64,000 bases of DNA, taken from positions 3,168,001 to 3,232,000 of the forward strand of contig OY760142.1 of NCBI GenBank assembly GCA_963663225.1, read 5' to 3'. Positions 50,507-60,295 of the stretch are shown one piece after another; the stretch's first letter is position 1, and every line of letters starts with the position of its first letter. The notes under the pieces are model-generated. The model ran no database searches and was not told where the DNA came from. It saw only the letters and a program-made list of their open reading frames with translations. The translations under genes were made by a program, and so were the position numbers. The DNA is from Nitrospirota bacterium (GTDB lineage: Bacteria; Nitrospirota; UBA9217).

Positions 50507-52291
50507 TTATTGATTGTTCCCCATTACTTCATTGAGACCAGTCCCAAGTGCCCTGGGAGCAATTTGGATTGATTTGTCTAAAAGCTTTTGCATACCTGGG
50601 CTGTCAACTTCCATTTTGGAGGCTGACATGGCTATCTGCTTACCGGCCTTCGTAGTGGTTAAGAATTTAGCTAACAATGCAGAGGAAACTATTGTGCCGG
50701 CGGTAGTGGCCGTTTCCATTGGGTGCGTCATCATGCCAGCTGCGGATGCCACCATTCCTCCCTGTAGCGTTAATTCCGCTGCCCTTGCTCCGGTTGGCGG
50801 ATTTTCCTTAAACTGACCTGCGCGTTTTACTCTCTCCATAAGCGATGCAATTCCAGTTAAATGGCTTACCTCTTCATCAGAGAAAAGTCGGTTCTTCTTT
50901 TTAACATTTTCTTCATAAATCATGTTTTTTAGAGAGGTAGCAAATTTCTGAGGACTAAACAAACCCATTTCACCAGCCCCCTTTACGCCACTGGCCTTAT
51001 CGTATGCCTCCTGCACCTTTTCATACTTTACGTTGTATCGTTTATATGATTCATTAGCTACTTTCAGCTTATCGCTTATGTTGGATAGTGATTTTTCACT
51101 TAACTTGTCTATATCCGAATCAACCGCGTGTTTGAGACTCCCCAGGACACCAACGGCCTCAATATTTCCTTGAGCGCGGGCGGTTTCTTTGGCTACCCCT
51201 AGACCTTTTCGGAGCGTCCACAGATCATCAAAAGTAATATTTCCTATTTCCTTTGGAGGCTGTTTAAATTTGCTCGTATCATAGAGCAGATTTTTAACGA
51301 TTGACTTCGTTTTCGTATCCTGCATTGACTCGAAAATAGAGGGGTATCGTTCTACTAATTCCTTTGCAGCTTTATGGGTGTCCTGCGCTTTCGTGGTTAC
51401 ATTAATTCTCTCTGCTTCTTTCTGAACACCATGATAAAGACTGTCAACAAATTCTTTATTTCCCCAAAAGTTTGGTTTGCTAGGATTGGCAATATACTGA
51501 CCTAACGTATGTTTGGCTGACTCGTCTGCGGCCTTATATTGCGTCTCCCTGAATTTACTAATCCCCAAAGACCCTGGCAACTTCTCTAAAGTTGTTTCAA
51601 GCCGCTGAAGATTTGGGGCGTTTAGTTCTTCGCCAAGAGTCAAGGGTATGCCTTCTTTATCTGCCAGATTTCCAATGGCTGATTTTGTAGCCGGTTTAGA
51701 AATAGCATTTACGGTTTTACCCAAACCGGACAATGCCAACGATCCCCCAGAACCTAAGGCGCCACCTAGGGCAGCATTTAAAGCCCTGTTATCTCCTTCT
51801 CCGGTAAATCTGCTTGCCCCCAATGCCGCCTGAGAAACTCCCGCTGTCAATGCTCTTTTGGCGACTCCACCCGCAATACCACCAGGCACTAATGCCGTAG
51901 GAAGTGTTTCCCCTAAAAACTCACCGGCACTTGCAGCCATGCTGTTAGCTTTTAAGGGTTTCATCATGCTTCTAGCTTCTTCACCCTCGCTAGTAATTCG
52001 CTTTACCGTTTCTGGATTAACCAAGCCAAGCTTTTCTCCTAATATGGACCCGGTTTGTTCAATACCCTTCCCGAAATCATAGAGGCCAGCACCAACTCCT
52101 GTCAGAAACTTTTCCGTACCGGACATTTTCTGTATTTCCGGTTCCATCACATCATCTCTGGTTACTTTTTTTGCGTTTGGTTTTCTGGTTCTAGAAGAAA
52201 ATATCTCTTTCATCTCATCATCAGTAGGAGGACGATCTGCGCTAATAGTCAAGCTTTCGCCTTCAGGACTTGTGATCTTATACTTAGGCAT
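50507..52291 (-). CDS. Putative DNA ejection / internal virion protein
   Basis: MPKYKITSPEG N-terminus typical of phage ejection proteins; Gly/Ala-rich hydrophobic segments; position after the tail gene. Confidence 0.65.
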   Translation of the reverse strand: MPKYKITSPEGESLTISADRPPTDDEMKEIFSSRTRKPNAKKVTRDDVMEPEIQKMSGTEKFLTGVGAGLYDFGKGIEQTGSILGEKLGLVNPETVKRITSEGEEARSMMKPLKANSMAASAGEFLGETLPTALVPGGIAGGVAKRALTAGVSQAALGASRFTGEGDNRALNAALGGALGSGGSLALSGLGKTVNAISKPATKSAIGNLADKEGIPLTLGEELNAPNLQRLETTLEKLPGSLGISKFRETQYKAADESAKHTLGQYIANPSKPNFWGNKEFVDSLYHGVQKEAERINVTTKAQDTHKAAKELVERYPSIFESMQDTKTKSIVKNLLYDTSKFKQPPKEIGNITFDDLWTLRKGLGVAKETARAQGNIEAVGVLGSLKHAVDSDIDKLSEKSLSNISDKLKVANESYKRYNVKYEKVQEAYDKASGVKGAGEMGLFSPQKFATSLKNMIYEENVKKKNRLFSDEEVSHLTGIASLMERVKRAGQFKENPPTGARAAELTLQGGMVASAAGMMTHPMETATTAGTIVSSALLAKFLTTTKAGKQIAMSASKMEVDSPGMQKLLDKSIQIAPRALGTGLNEVMGNNQ

Positions 52292-52295
52292 TTAC

Positions 52296-53741
52296 TTACT
52301 CCACCACTTGATATGAGTATCCGGTAGCAGTTGCGCTCGTATTCCCTTTTTTCATTCTTTGTTTCGTGCTTTCAATTTCCTTGTCTGCGCTCTTAATTCT
52401 CATGCTTGCCATTTGCTTTGTTTCATCAAGAATCTTGACAAGTTCTTTTAATGAAAGGTTTGGATCGTGTATTTTGTTCCACCGATCCTGAGCTCCGACC
52501 GAAAGTTCTGCAATAGATGCCTGTGATCCCGTGGAAAGCTTCGCAATTTCGTTTGAAATTTCTGTCAAGTAAGCTTCAATAACCCGCTCTTGACCGCTAC
52601 CCGCAGCCCTTACCTTCAGTTCTCTTAACGGCTTATCGAGTCCTCGAATACCTATTCTCTGGATGTCTTTGTATATCTCGTTGACCCTATCAATCTGCTG
52701 ATTCAGATTATTAACAAAGCCACCCATCATGCCGCGTGATCTTTCCTGATTTGCAAGAGACTTTGATAATGCCTTGAATGTTTCCGCGTCTGTTTTGGCT
52801 TCAGCTCCCGAAATGCCCTGGTTCTTAGCCCAATCAGCATATTCCTGTGAAAATTGCGTTCTACTGTCCTTATCTCCCCACGCAAAAGGCGGTAGTTCTC
52901 CAGTTTCTTTTCTATTCTTAAACCACCATTCTTTTTGGTATTTAGACCATTGACCAAACGGGGTGTGACCTTGGTTCTTCGCATCAGCCGTTGCTTTTGC
53001 TTGCTTTACTTTTTCATCTTGTTTTCTCTGTAGTATGTTATTTGCCAACTTTTTTACTTCAGGGTCTACGTCACCGCTCTCTGCCAAAGCGTATAACTGA
53101 TTATCCGTAATATTCTTATCACCTAACATCATAAGCCCCTGTTGCTTTTTAAGCTGTCTATACATCATGTCTGCCTGTTGACGATTTTGTAAAAGCGGGG
53201 CCATTTCTTTTTGTGTTTTTTGTATGTCTTCTTGAAGTTTTTGAATCTTTTCATTGTCCGGGCCAGGTTTTAAATCCTTTAGCTTATCCTGTAGTCCTTG
53301 TAGTTTTTCATTATAATTTCTTGTCTGCTCTACCATGCCATCTTTGAATTTGCTAACTACCGTCATTGCTTCTTGTGGTTTCTCTGAATAATATTTAAGT
53401 GTTTCTTGCATTTCTCGCGGTGTAATTTCCGTCTTGTCTTTATCCCAACCCGCAATTGACGAATAATGCTGCATAAAGTCTTTAATGAGGGGATGGGATT
53501 CCATTACCTTCTCGATAGGCATAGATTTATCGAGCTTCTGTTGGCGCTCCTTTTCTCTCTCTGCATCCATAAGAGTATTGTCAGTAATGGCCTTACTTAC
53601 TTTAGCCTGATCCTGTAAAATACTTGTTTGGGCTTCTAATGCAGGTCTGTTGCGTTCATCCCTTGCCATTTGCAAGAGATTACCCATAGTAGAATTTAAT
53701 CCAGAACCTACGCCACTCGCGATGTCAAGTGCTTGAGCCAT
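52296..53741 (-). CDS. Putative ejection / internal virion protein (coiled coil)
   Basis: ASGVGSGL N-terminus, Q/K/E-rich helices, synteny. Confidence 0.6.
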   Translation of the reverse strand: MAQALDIASGVGSGLNSTMGNLLQMARDERNRPALEAQTSILQDQAKVSKAITDNTLMDAEREKERQQKLDKSMPIEKVMESHPLIKDFMQHYSSIAGWDKDKTEITPREMQETLKYYSEKPQEAMTVVSKFKDGMVEQTRNYNEKLQGLQDKLKDLKPGPDNEKIQKLQEDIQKTQKEMAPLLQNRQQADMMYRQLKKQQGLMMLGDKNITDNQLYALAESGDVDPEVKKLANNILQRKQDEKVKQAKATADAKNQGHTPFGQWSKYQKEWWFKNRKETGELPPFAWGDKDSRTQFSQEYADWAKNQGISGAEAKTDAETFKALSKSLANQERSRGMMGGFVNNLNQQIDRVNEIYKDIQRIGIRGLDKPLRELKVRAAGSGQERVIEAYLTEISNEIAKLSTGSQASIAELSVGAQDRWNKIHDPNLSLKELVKILDETKQMASMRIKSADKEIESTKQRMKKGNTSATATGYSYQVVE

Positions 53742-54754
53742 GATTTCCTCCGGTATTTAACTATATAAACAGCCTTGCAAATAGGACAGCCTACAAACAG
53801 AATAAACGAACCTAAACGGCTTCCCTTGATATTAGGATTTACCCTCGAAGCCATCTCGTATGCAAAAGCTCTGATAAAAGGAGCTATACACTTGGTAAAT
53901 AATTTACTTCTTTGCATGATCCTTACTAAAGGATCGGCTAATAGTCTGTATCCCCAATAGACTTCCGTAGTAAGACGCGGTTTGATATATTCCCATTCCT
54001 GGTCTACTATTTCTTTTTCAAGTAATCCCTGTCTTACGAGTTCTGAGCAAAGAACCCAAGCGGCAACACCCACAACTATATCCGCAAGCCATTCCCAAGC
54101 CGCTGTAGCAGCTCCGGCTACGGCTTCTCCTGCTGTGGATATGCCACTACCGATAGCAGACCACATACCAGTTCCAGCGGTAACGTCTGTGGCAATGCCT
54201 AATGAAGTGTAGGTTGTTGGCAAAGCTGTGCTTATCGGTGTACTCAACGCCCCCTCAACTCCGTAACTTGCCAAGGTCGGCAATGCCTCTGTAGCAGCTA
54301 AACCCGCACCCGTTGCACCTGTCGCATATAAAGAACCAGTGGCTAATGATGGGGTTTGCAAAGTCGTTGCTGTTCCAAGCGCGGTTTCAGTACCAGTTGC
54401 GCTCAATGTCTCTGGTGTAGTAGCTCCCCAAAGTCCAGCCTGTTTGCCAAGGTTATACGTCATTAAACCCTGTATTGGTGCCGACACAGCACTACTTACC
54501 GCTTGCTGGTTACTTTCACGTTCTTTTAGGTCTAATTGCCTTTTAGTAGCCGACTCTTGAAGATTCTGTTGCCTGACAGCTAAGTCGTACTTTCGCTGGC
54601 TGTCCTCTTCCTGAGACTGGGCTTGATAATTAGCAGCCACAACTCCCGTAAGAGCTTGCGGGGAAAGCCCCTGAGTCTGTCCCAAAGCCTTCTGCTGGGA
54701 CTGCGTTCTCATTAAGTCCTTGCTCCAATAATATGGGTCTGTATAATTAACCAT
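53708..54754 (-). CDS. Putative pilot/ejection protein with an A/T/G-rich middle and a distinct C-terminal WVLCSEL domain
   Basis: Directly after the tail nozzle gene; low-complexity region, hydrophobic segment, then LCSELVRQG...GY...A.P.V..M..S. Confidence 0.6.
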   Translation of the reverse strand: MVNYTDPYYWSKDLMRTQSQQKALGQTQGLSPQALTGVVAANYQAQSQEEDSQRKYDLAVRQQNLQESATKRQLDLKERESNQQAVSSAVSAPIQGLMTYNLGKQAGLWGATTPETLSATGTETALGTATTLQTPSLATGSLYATGATGAGLAATEALPTLASYGVEGALSTPISTALPTTYTSLGIATDVTAGTGMWSAIGSGISTAGEAVAGAATAAWEWLADIVVGVAAWVLCSELVRQGLLEKEIVDQEWEYIKPRLTTEVYWGYRLLADPLVRIMQRSKLFTKCIAPFIRAFAYEMASRVNPNIKGSRLGSFILFVGCPICKAVYIVKYRRKSWLKHLTSRVA

Positions 54755-57744
54755 TACTCCCCTCCCACTAAGTCTTCTCTGATCTGTTTATAGAATATTC
54801 CTATACCTATCGGTTCTAAGCAAATATCCTCATTATTCGTAGTCATGGAAAGCCTGAAACTGTGAAAAATACTCGGTTCTCCTGCTATTGACTCAACATG
54901 ACTGGTAAGTCTTTTCGTACTTGAAACTACCGGATATGTTAAAGTTTTAGATAAAGCGGTATCGGTATAATATTTCAGTTCCAATGTATTCGTAGTAGTG
55001 GTTAAGGTCTTTACGATTGGCTTAATTTTTCTTATTCCTGTTTCAATCATCCACCCGCCAAGCGGTATATCTCCGGTATGAATAATTGTCGTAATAGAAT
55101 TTCCATCAAACGTCTGCCCGTTTTCAAGCCGTTCTATATATCCATCAGTAGTAGCGGCATAAACGTATCGATTTCCATAATTATCAACCACGCTTGTACC
55201 TAACTGGATTCTCTTCCCTGTGCCACGGTCTATCTTGAACCATTTCTTCCTAATTACATCAAAAACGTATTCCTTATTTAAGGTAGTATTTCCTTGAGAA
55301 GCCCACAACCAATGCCATTCGTGATTTTCTACGTCATAAAAAGACTCTGAATAAGAAGCCATTGAAGGTTCTATGGCGTAAGAATTTTTCTGGTCGAAAA
55401 CATCTTTAATATCTTCGTGAATAGGATAGACCGTTGACCCGTCCCACAAGGCTATAGCCCCGGAAGACTGCCAAAGAATAATATTTCTCGTGACGTTCGT
55501 TCCTGAAGCTTGAAAACCTATATCGCAAGCCGTTAAAGTATTCGGAGCCTCCACACCGTACATACTGGCTATTTTGTAGACGGCGTATGTATCCGGACTC
55601 GTCCCGTCAACTATATAAACCGAATCGGTTTTCCCTACGAAGAGGTTCTCAAAGAAGTTATTAGAGAATCTTGAAAAGAACGGCATAGCAGATACAATTT
55701 CTTTTTCATCTCCAAATAACAACTGTGTTGAATCTGTACCATTAAAGACGCAATTGGTATTTGACGCACCTATAAGAATTGAGTTTTTATATCCATTCTG
55801 ATCATTACAAAGAACAAGCCTGTTTTGGAACATGGTTGCAAACTTGTAGTTATTAAGATCGTATTGAGATTCCGGTATTCCTGCAACAGCATCGATGGCT
55901 ACAATCGCACCAGCATTAGTACAGACTGAATTAAAATGTACCCGGTAGTAATAATACAAATACGGATTATTAATAGAAGTCTTGAACTCATCGGATGAAT
56001 CTGGTGGTTCCCATACTACAGCACCGCTTTTTGCTAACGATGATGCTCCATCCGTAGTATGGTCGGTTACTGTTAAAACAGACCATGCAGAACCGTTCCA
56101 ATACGAAACGGTCATAATATTTGTTGCCTGGTTATTAAACGTAGAACCAATATCAAAAAGCAACCCCTGCATACGTTCTGCGAATCCGATAAACAAGTCA
56201 CCCGACGAACCGTATATATTGGAATACGTCGTATTATCATACGTAGTGGGGGCACCATACGGATTTGCTACGTAATCTTTCTTTAATACTCTCGCGGTAT
56301 GATCTGAATAGCTCGTATAGGAAAGAGTAGAAGAGGTTGTAAGGGTAATTTGATTTATTCTTGTAGCCGCATCGATCCCGTTAAAATTAAACCAATACCA
56401 ATACAGAAGCACTCCGTTAAAATACCTTACCGCAGCCGCACCGTTAGTATCCGAAAACGAAATCGTTCCGTTTTTTGCAAGCGTAACTCCTCCGGACGCT
56501 GTACCGTCACTTAAACCAGAAACAGAAGTCCAGTTATACCCATTCCAGTAACTAACAGTCACACTTACAGTAAGCGTATTATTTGTGTACACATCAAAAA
56601 AAGCACCTGTAAGCGGGAATTGACTGCCTATAATTGTATAATGATCCGCAGGGGCTATTTCTGAAGAAGAACCACCGCTTTCAGCGTATAAAATATTACT
56701 TGTATAATCCGTAATCGTAGACGGCGTAGTCGTTGTATCGGTATCTGTAATTAAATACTGCCCCGGAGGAAAACTAGACGACGTATAAGACGAACCTGAA
56801 GTATTTCCTACTTGGTATGAAGTCGGCTGTAAAGGAACTCCGTCCCATTGATTTGTAATGGATTGAGGAGGTGCAACAACCGTGCATCTATAGACGCTTG
56901 TAGTCGCATCCACTCCGTTAAAATCGAATAAATAGTAATAAAGCAGAACATTCTGGAAAAATCTTATACTTGTAGAACCAACGGTACTCGTAAATAAAAT
57001 CATACCTGTCTGCGCTAAAGTCTTGCCGCTTGAAGCCGTGCCGTCCGATAGGCTTGCTACAGCAGTCCAGGCCGTCCCACTCCAATAATACGCTGATACG
57101 GACGCTGTAGAGGTATTTGCGGTCTTTACGTAAAATTTCACCCCTGATAATTCCCTTGTACTCGCTATATGTACATATCGCGATGAAATTACCGCATACG
57201 TGGTAGTATCAAAGTCTGTAACCTGATCGGTATAATCAAGGGCTATCGTAGGAGTAGAGGAATAATCGTTTGCATCAGCTACAATAAAGGCAGAACACCT
57301 TGATTCATTGCCACCCCAAAGAATCATTTCTTTCGTATTTCCGTAAACTACGCACCCATCAGGAGCATTAAAAAACTTTCCGCTTGAAGAACCTGTGGTT
57401 TCACTATACAAAAGTGAAAAATTACCCTGGTTAGGTATGGAAGTCGTATTATCGTAAAGAGCAGACGAACCGTCATTCGCAAATCCCTGTACTAAAAAAT
57501 GACTTTCAGGTATAGACTCTTTCTTAAAATGAAAAGCCGCTGTGATATCTGTTTTCGTGACCGGAGTTGAGTTAATCTTGCTCATCCCCGATATGGATAC
57601 CGGGCCTTTATCGTTGTACCGAGCGTTGATAAGCTCCTGCATGTCTCCCTTGCCAAGCTGTGCAGGATCAACAGAAGTTATCAACTTCCCTGTAAACTCA
57701 ATCGCTTCGTATTTGAAAGGTTTGTCTTTACCCTGGCTTGCCAT
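54754..57744 (-). CDS. Tail nozzle / tail tubular protein B-like, with three inserted beta-sandwich repeats
   Basis: FTGKLITS.DP N-terminus, FQNRLVL and other propeller-like blades; three YW(S/N)G..W....D(G/H)T repeats. Confidence 0.7.
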   Translation of the reverse strand: MASQGKDKPFKYEAIEFTGKLITSVDPAQLGKGDMQELINARYNDKGPVSISGMSKINSTPVTKTDITAAFHFKKESIPESHFLVQGFANDGSSALYDNTTSIPNQGNFSLLYSETTGSSSGKFFNAPDGCVVYGNTKEMILWGGNESRCSAFIVADANDYSSTPTIALDYTDQVTDFDTTTYAVISSRYVHIASTRELSGVKFYVKTANTSTASVSAYYWSGTAWTAVASLSDGTASSGKTLAQTGMILFTSTVGSTSIRFFQNVLLYYYLFDFNGVDATTSVYRCTVVAPPQSITNQWDGVPLQPTSYQVGNTSGSSYTSSSFPPGQYLITDTDTTTTPSTITDYTSNILYAESGGSSSEIAPADHYTIIGSQFPLTGAFFDVYTNNTLTVSVTVSYWNGYNWTSVSGLSDGTASGGVTLAKNGTISFSDTNGAAAVRYFNGVLLYWYWFNFNGIDAATRINQITLTTSSTLSYTSYSDHTARVLKKDYVANPYGAPTTYDNTTYSNIYGSSGDLFIGFAERMQGLLFDIGSTFNNQATNIMTVSYWNGSAWSVLTVTDHTTDGASSLAKSGAVVWEPPDSSDEFKTSINNPYLYYYYRVHFNSVCTNAGAIVAIDAVAGIPESQYDLNNYKFATMFQNRLVLCNDQNGYKNSILIGASNTNCVFNGTDSTQLLFGDEKEIVSAMPFFSRFSNNFFENLFVGKTDSVYIVDGTSPDTYAVYKIASMYGVEAPNTLTACDIGFQASGTNVTRNIILWQSSGAIALWDGSTVYPIHEDIKDVFDQKNSYAIEPSMASYSESFYDVENHEWHWLWASQGNTTLNKEYVFDVIRKKWFKIDRGTGKRIQLGTSVVDNYGNRYVYAATTDGYIERLENGQTFDGNSITTIIHTGDIPLGGWMIETGIRKIKPIVKTLTTTTNTLELKYYTDTALSKTLTYPVVSSTKRLTSHVESIAGEPSIFHSFRLSMTTNNEDICLEPIGIGIFYKQIREDLVGGE

Positions 57745-57746
57745 GC

Positions 57747-58682
57747 TTACCTGCTGTAATTGCCGATTGACCGTGATCGCTTATCCATCTTTGAGAAATT
57801 AACTCGCATACCCGTATTCTGTTTACTACGTCTCATTTCAGCCGCTATCTTTCTTACTAAAACGTCATAATGCTTGAATAACGCATCTCCGAAATTAGCC
57901 TCACGATCCTTGTACTTATAAAGAAACGCTGCATATTGAACTATCGGCAATTCGTAACTAAAAGGAAGTTGATACGAACGGTACGGAGAGTACACCGGGC
58001 CCGGTCTCTTAATATAAGGAATAGTTAACGTAGCTGAAGCAGCAGGTTCGGGAGTCAAATAAACAGACAATCGAGGCTGTAAAGTAATTACATAGTCATC
58101 GTTCAGCGTCCATTGATTAGTAGTGCCGTTAAATAATGCGCATACAATCTGCGATGATGAGGTAATATCTATTACCACTCCGTCGCTATTATCACTTGTG
58201 TTGTATACCGCATCTCCAATTGAAACATTCGCAAAAGGTGCTGTTGAATCAGTCAAAACACACTCGCCGTTCGAGGCAGTACCAGCCAACGTAGCCGTAC
58301 CAGCAAGAGAACCCTTATCGGTCGAATTAATAATCGCGAAACTGTCCGCAATGGCAGCCGTAGAGCTGTTATTCTCCATTATGATGCTTGCATAGTCTCT
58401 ACCAACTAAAAAAGTATCGTTTCCACCATAGGTATGTTTAATAAACTTACGGTTATACGAATCCTCAAGCGACAAATCCACAAAAGAAGGGTCAAGATCA
58501 TAACTAGATGTTCCAGCCACAACAGATATTGTTTGCGTGTCTGTTAGAAAATGGGTTTTAAAGTTAAAATCCTGTACAGCATCATACAAATAGTCGTAAC
58601 TTTCCCGATCCGTCGCAAAAGTGCTGGAAGATGACTCTTGCAAGATGCTATACAGCCTTCTTGTTAAAGACTTGCCGTCCAT
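57747..58682 (-). CDS. Head-to-tail adaptor (tail tubular protein A-like) with an inserted beta domain
   Basis: Helical N-terminus, YDL.P..., YLTPEP...LTIPY, LP..Y...IVQYAA; position before the nozzle. Confidence 0.7.
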   Translation of the reverse strand: MDGKSLTRRLYSILQESSSSTFATDRESYDYLYDAVQDFNFKTHFLTDTQTISVVAGTSSYDLDPSFVDLSLEDSYNRKFIKHTYGGNDTFLVGRDYASIIMENNSSTAAIADSFAIINSTDKGSLAGTATLAGTASNGECVLTDSTAPFANVSIGDAVYNTSDNSDGVVIDITSSSQIVCALFNGTTNQWTLNDDYVITLQPRLSVYLTPEPAASATLTIPYIKRPGPVYSPYRSYQLPFSYELPIVQYAAFLYKYKDREANFGDALFKHYDVLVRKIAAEMRRSKQNTGMRVNFSKMDKRSRSIGNYSR

Positions 58683-58695
58683 AAATTAATCCCTT

Positions 58696-59265
58696 CTAAG
58701 GCTTTCTGAGGATTTCTGTATTGCTTGTCTCTCCGTTGATACGTCTGCACAGTTTCCAAGTTCTTTCTGCATCGGTGCGACTTACCATGCCATCATTTGT
58801 AATTCTGCAACCTGCTTTACGCGCCAAAGCCACTTCTTCGCTGGTAAGTCTGATACAAGGATCAGCCATTCTGCGAGCTTCTTCGTGCGCATCTGCCGTT
58901 CCGCGCATCATGTCGCTTCTGGTAAACATAGCCGAAGATATTTTTTTTCCAAGGCTAGACGATACATTTGCAACTATGTCCTGTTGCTTTCCTTCTAAGC
59001 GTGGTTCCGACTCATTAATCAGATCAAGCTTAGTGCGCATCTTTTTTAAATCTGCTATTGCTCCTGGTTTTTTGTCCTCTGCTATCTCTCCGCGACTTAA
59101 TGAAGCATCCAAAGAATCAATATTGTTTTTCAACTCTTCCTTGTGCTGTTTGAAATACCAAGACGGCATTTCAGAACCAACATTCCCATGATGGTTCATA
59201 TCTGCTTTTCCGAAAAAATCAATATGCTCCGCATCTTCTTTCTTAATAATTACATTTTCAGCCAT
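58696..59265 (-). CDS. Hypothetical phage protein
   Basis: GAGGGGG RBS; fits between flanking virion genes. Confidence 0.75.
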   Translation of the reverse strand: MAENVIIKKEDAEHIDFFGKADMNHHGNVGSEMPSWYFKQHKEELKNNIDSLDASLSRGEIAEDKKPGAIADLKKMRTKLDLINESEPRLEGKQQDIVANVSSSLGKKISSAMFTRSDMMRGTADAHEEARRMADPCIRLTSEEVALARKAGCRITNDGMVSRTDAERTWKLCRRINGETSNTEILRKP

Positions 59266-59283
59266 AAAACCCCCTCAGATTTA

Positions 59284-59310
59284 AAATAAGGGGGCAGAAA
59301 CGCCCCCTTT
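59284..59310 (-). terminator. Intrinsic terminator after the beta-helix gene
   Basis: AAGGGGGCG-TTTC-TGCCCCCTT followed by ATTTT on the minus strand. Confidence 0.7.
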
Positions 59311-59313
59311 GAA

Positions 59314-60246
59314 CTAAACAAGCGTACCATTTGTCGCTACTGCTGCCGCACTCCAGTTTCCGGCCCAATGGCAAGCGTCTGCTGTAAATGGGGCCGCACC
59401 AGAACCAATGCCACACCGGTTGTTTACTAAAACACCCGTACTCCCGGTAAGCAATACAACAACCTTTGTTGCTGAAGCGGTATTATTCTCAAGAATATTG
59501 TTAGAAACGCATATCTGAGTTACCGCAGCCGTGATATTGTTAATTACACCAAGGGAAGTAGTAAAGTTACCCCGTGCATAGTTGTTGGTGAATTTAATGG
59601 AATCTCCACCGACCAACTGAAGCCAGTTTGTACAGTTGGCAACCGCATCACCGTGAATATAGCAGTTGTTAATTGCAAGGTTATTAGCATGAGCAGCCGA
59701 GTCAAGAGTCATACCAATAAGAGTGACATAGCTTGTCTTTGCGAAATAATGCTCGCACGTATCAAGCGTAAAACCTGCCGCACGCACATCAAATGCCGTC
59801 GCAATAGCATCTATTCCGGTAGAATCAAAATACATGTTCTGCACAAACACGTTTGCAGCAGTCACAAGGAAGGTAGCCGTAGTCGCCGTCGATAATGTAA
59901 TCGTAGGACGTAAAGAACCAGTCCCAAGACCGATAATAGACACTCCCGCTACGTTACAAGTAATACCGCCGGCGGCCTTGATTGTTTCCGTATGGCCCGG
60001 AAGAACATAAATAATGTCTCCGTTGTTTGCGGTGCATTTACCAATCGCGTAGTTTATTGTCTTAAACGGCCTATTCGGGCTTGTCCCGTAAGCAGGATCG
60101 TCTACACCAGCTACAGAAGAGCTTGGTACGGTAGACAAATTACCTACAAAAAATACATTACCTATGGAAACCATATTGCTAGGAGCCGGTAAAATTGAAT
60201 TTCCAAACGCGCCTACCCCTCCCTGAAAATTATATGTTTCCCACAT
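59314..60246 (-). CDS. Right-handed parallel beta-helix (pectin-lyase-like) virion protein
   Basis: VFFV...D...GTS..RPFKTINYAI...GDIIYVLPGH, followed by Asn-ladder coils (INNCYIHG, FTNNYARG, VSNNILEN, LVNNRCG). Confidence 0.7.
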   Translation of the reverse strand: MWETYNFQGGVGAFGNSILPAPSNMVSIGNVFFVGNLSTVPSSSVAGVDDPAYGTSPNRPFKTINYAIGKCTANNGDIIYVLPGHTETIKAAGGITCNVAGVSIIGLGTGSLRPTITLSTATTATFLVTAANVFVQNMYFDSTGIDAIATAFDVRAAGFTLDTCEHYFAKTSYVTLIGMTLDSAAHANNLAINNCYIHGDAVANCTNWLQLVGGDSIKFTNNYARGNFTTSLGVINNITAAVTQICVSNNILENNTASATKVVVLLTGSTGVLVNNRCGIGSGAAPFTADACHWAGNWSAAAVATNGTLV

Positions 60247-60264
60247 AGAGTCTCCTTTCTAAGA

Positions 60265-60284
60265 GCGGGGGATTTCTCCCCCGC
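60265..60284 (-). terminator. GC hairpin after the major capsid gene (weak terminator/attenuator)
   Basis: GCGGGGGA-GAAA-TCCCCCGC with only a short T tract. Confidence 0.55.
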
Positions 60285-60295
60285 CATTGATTTAA

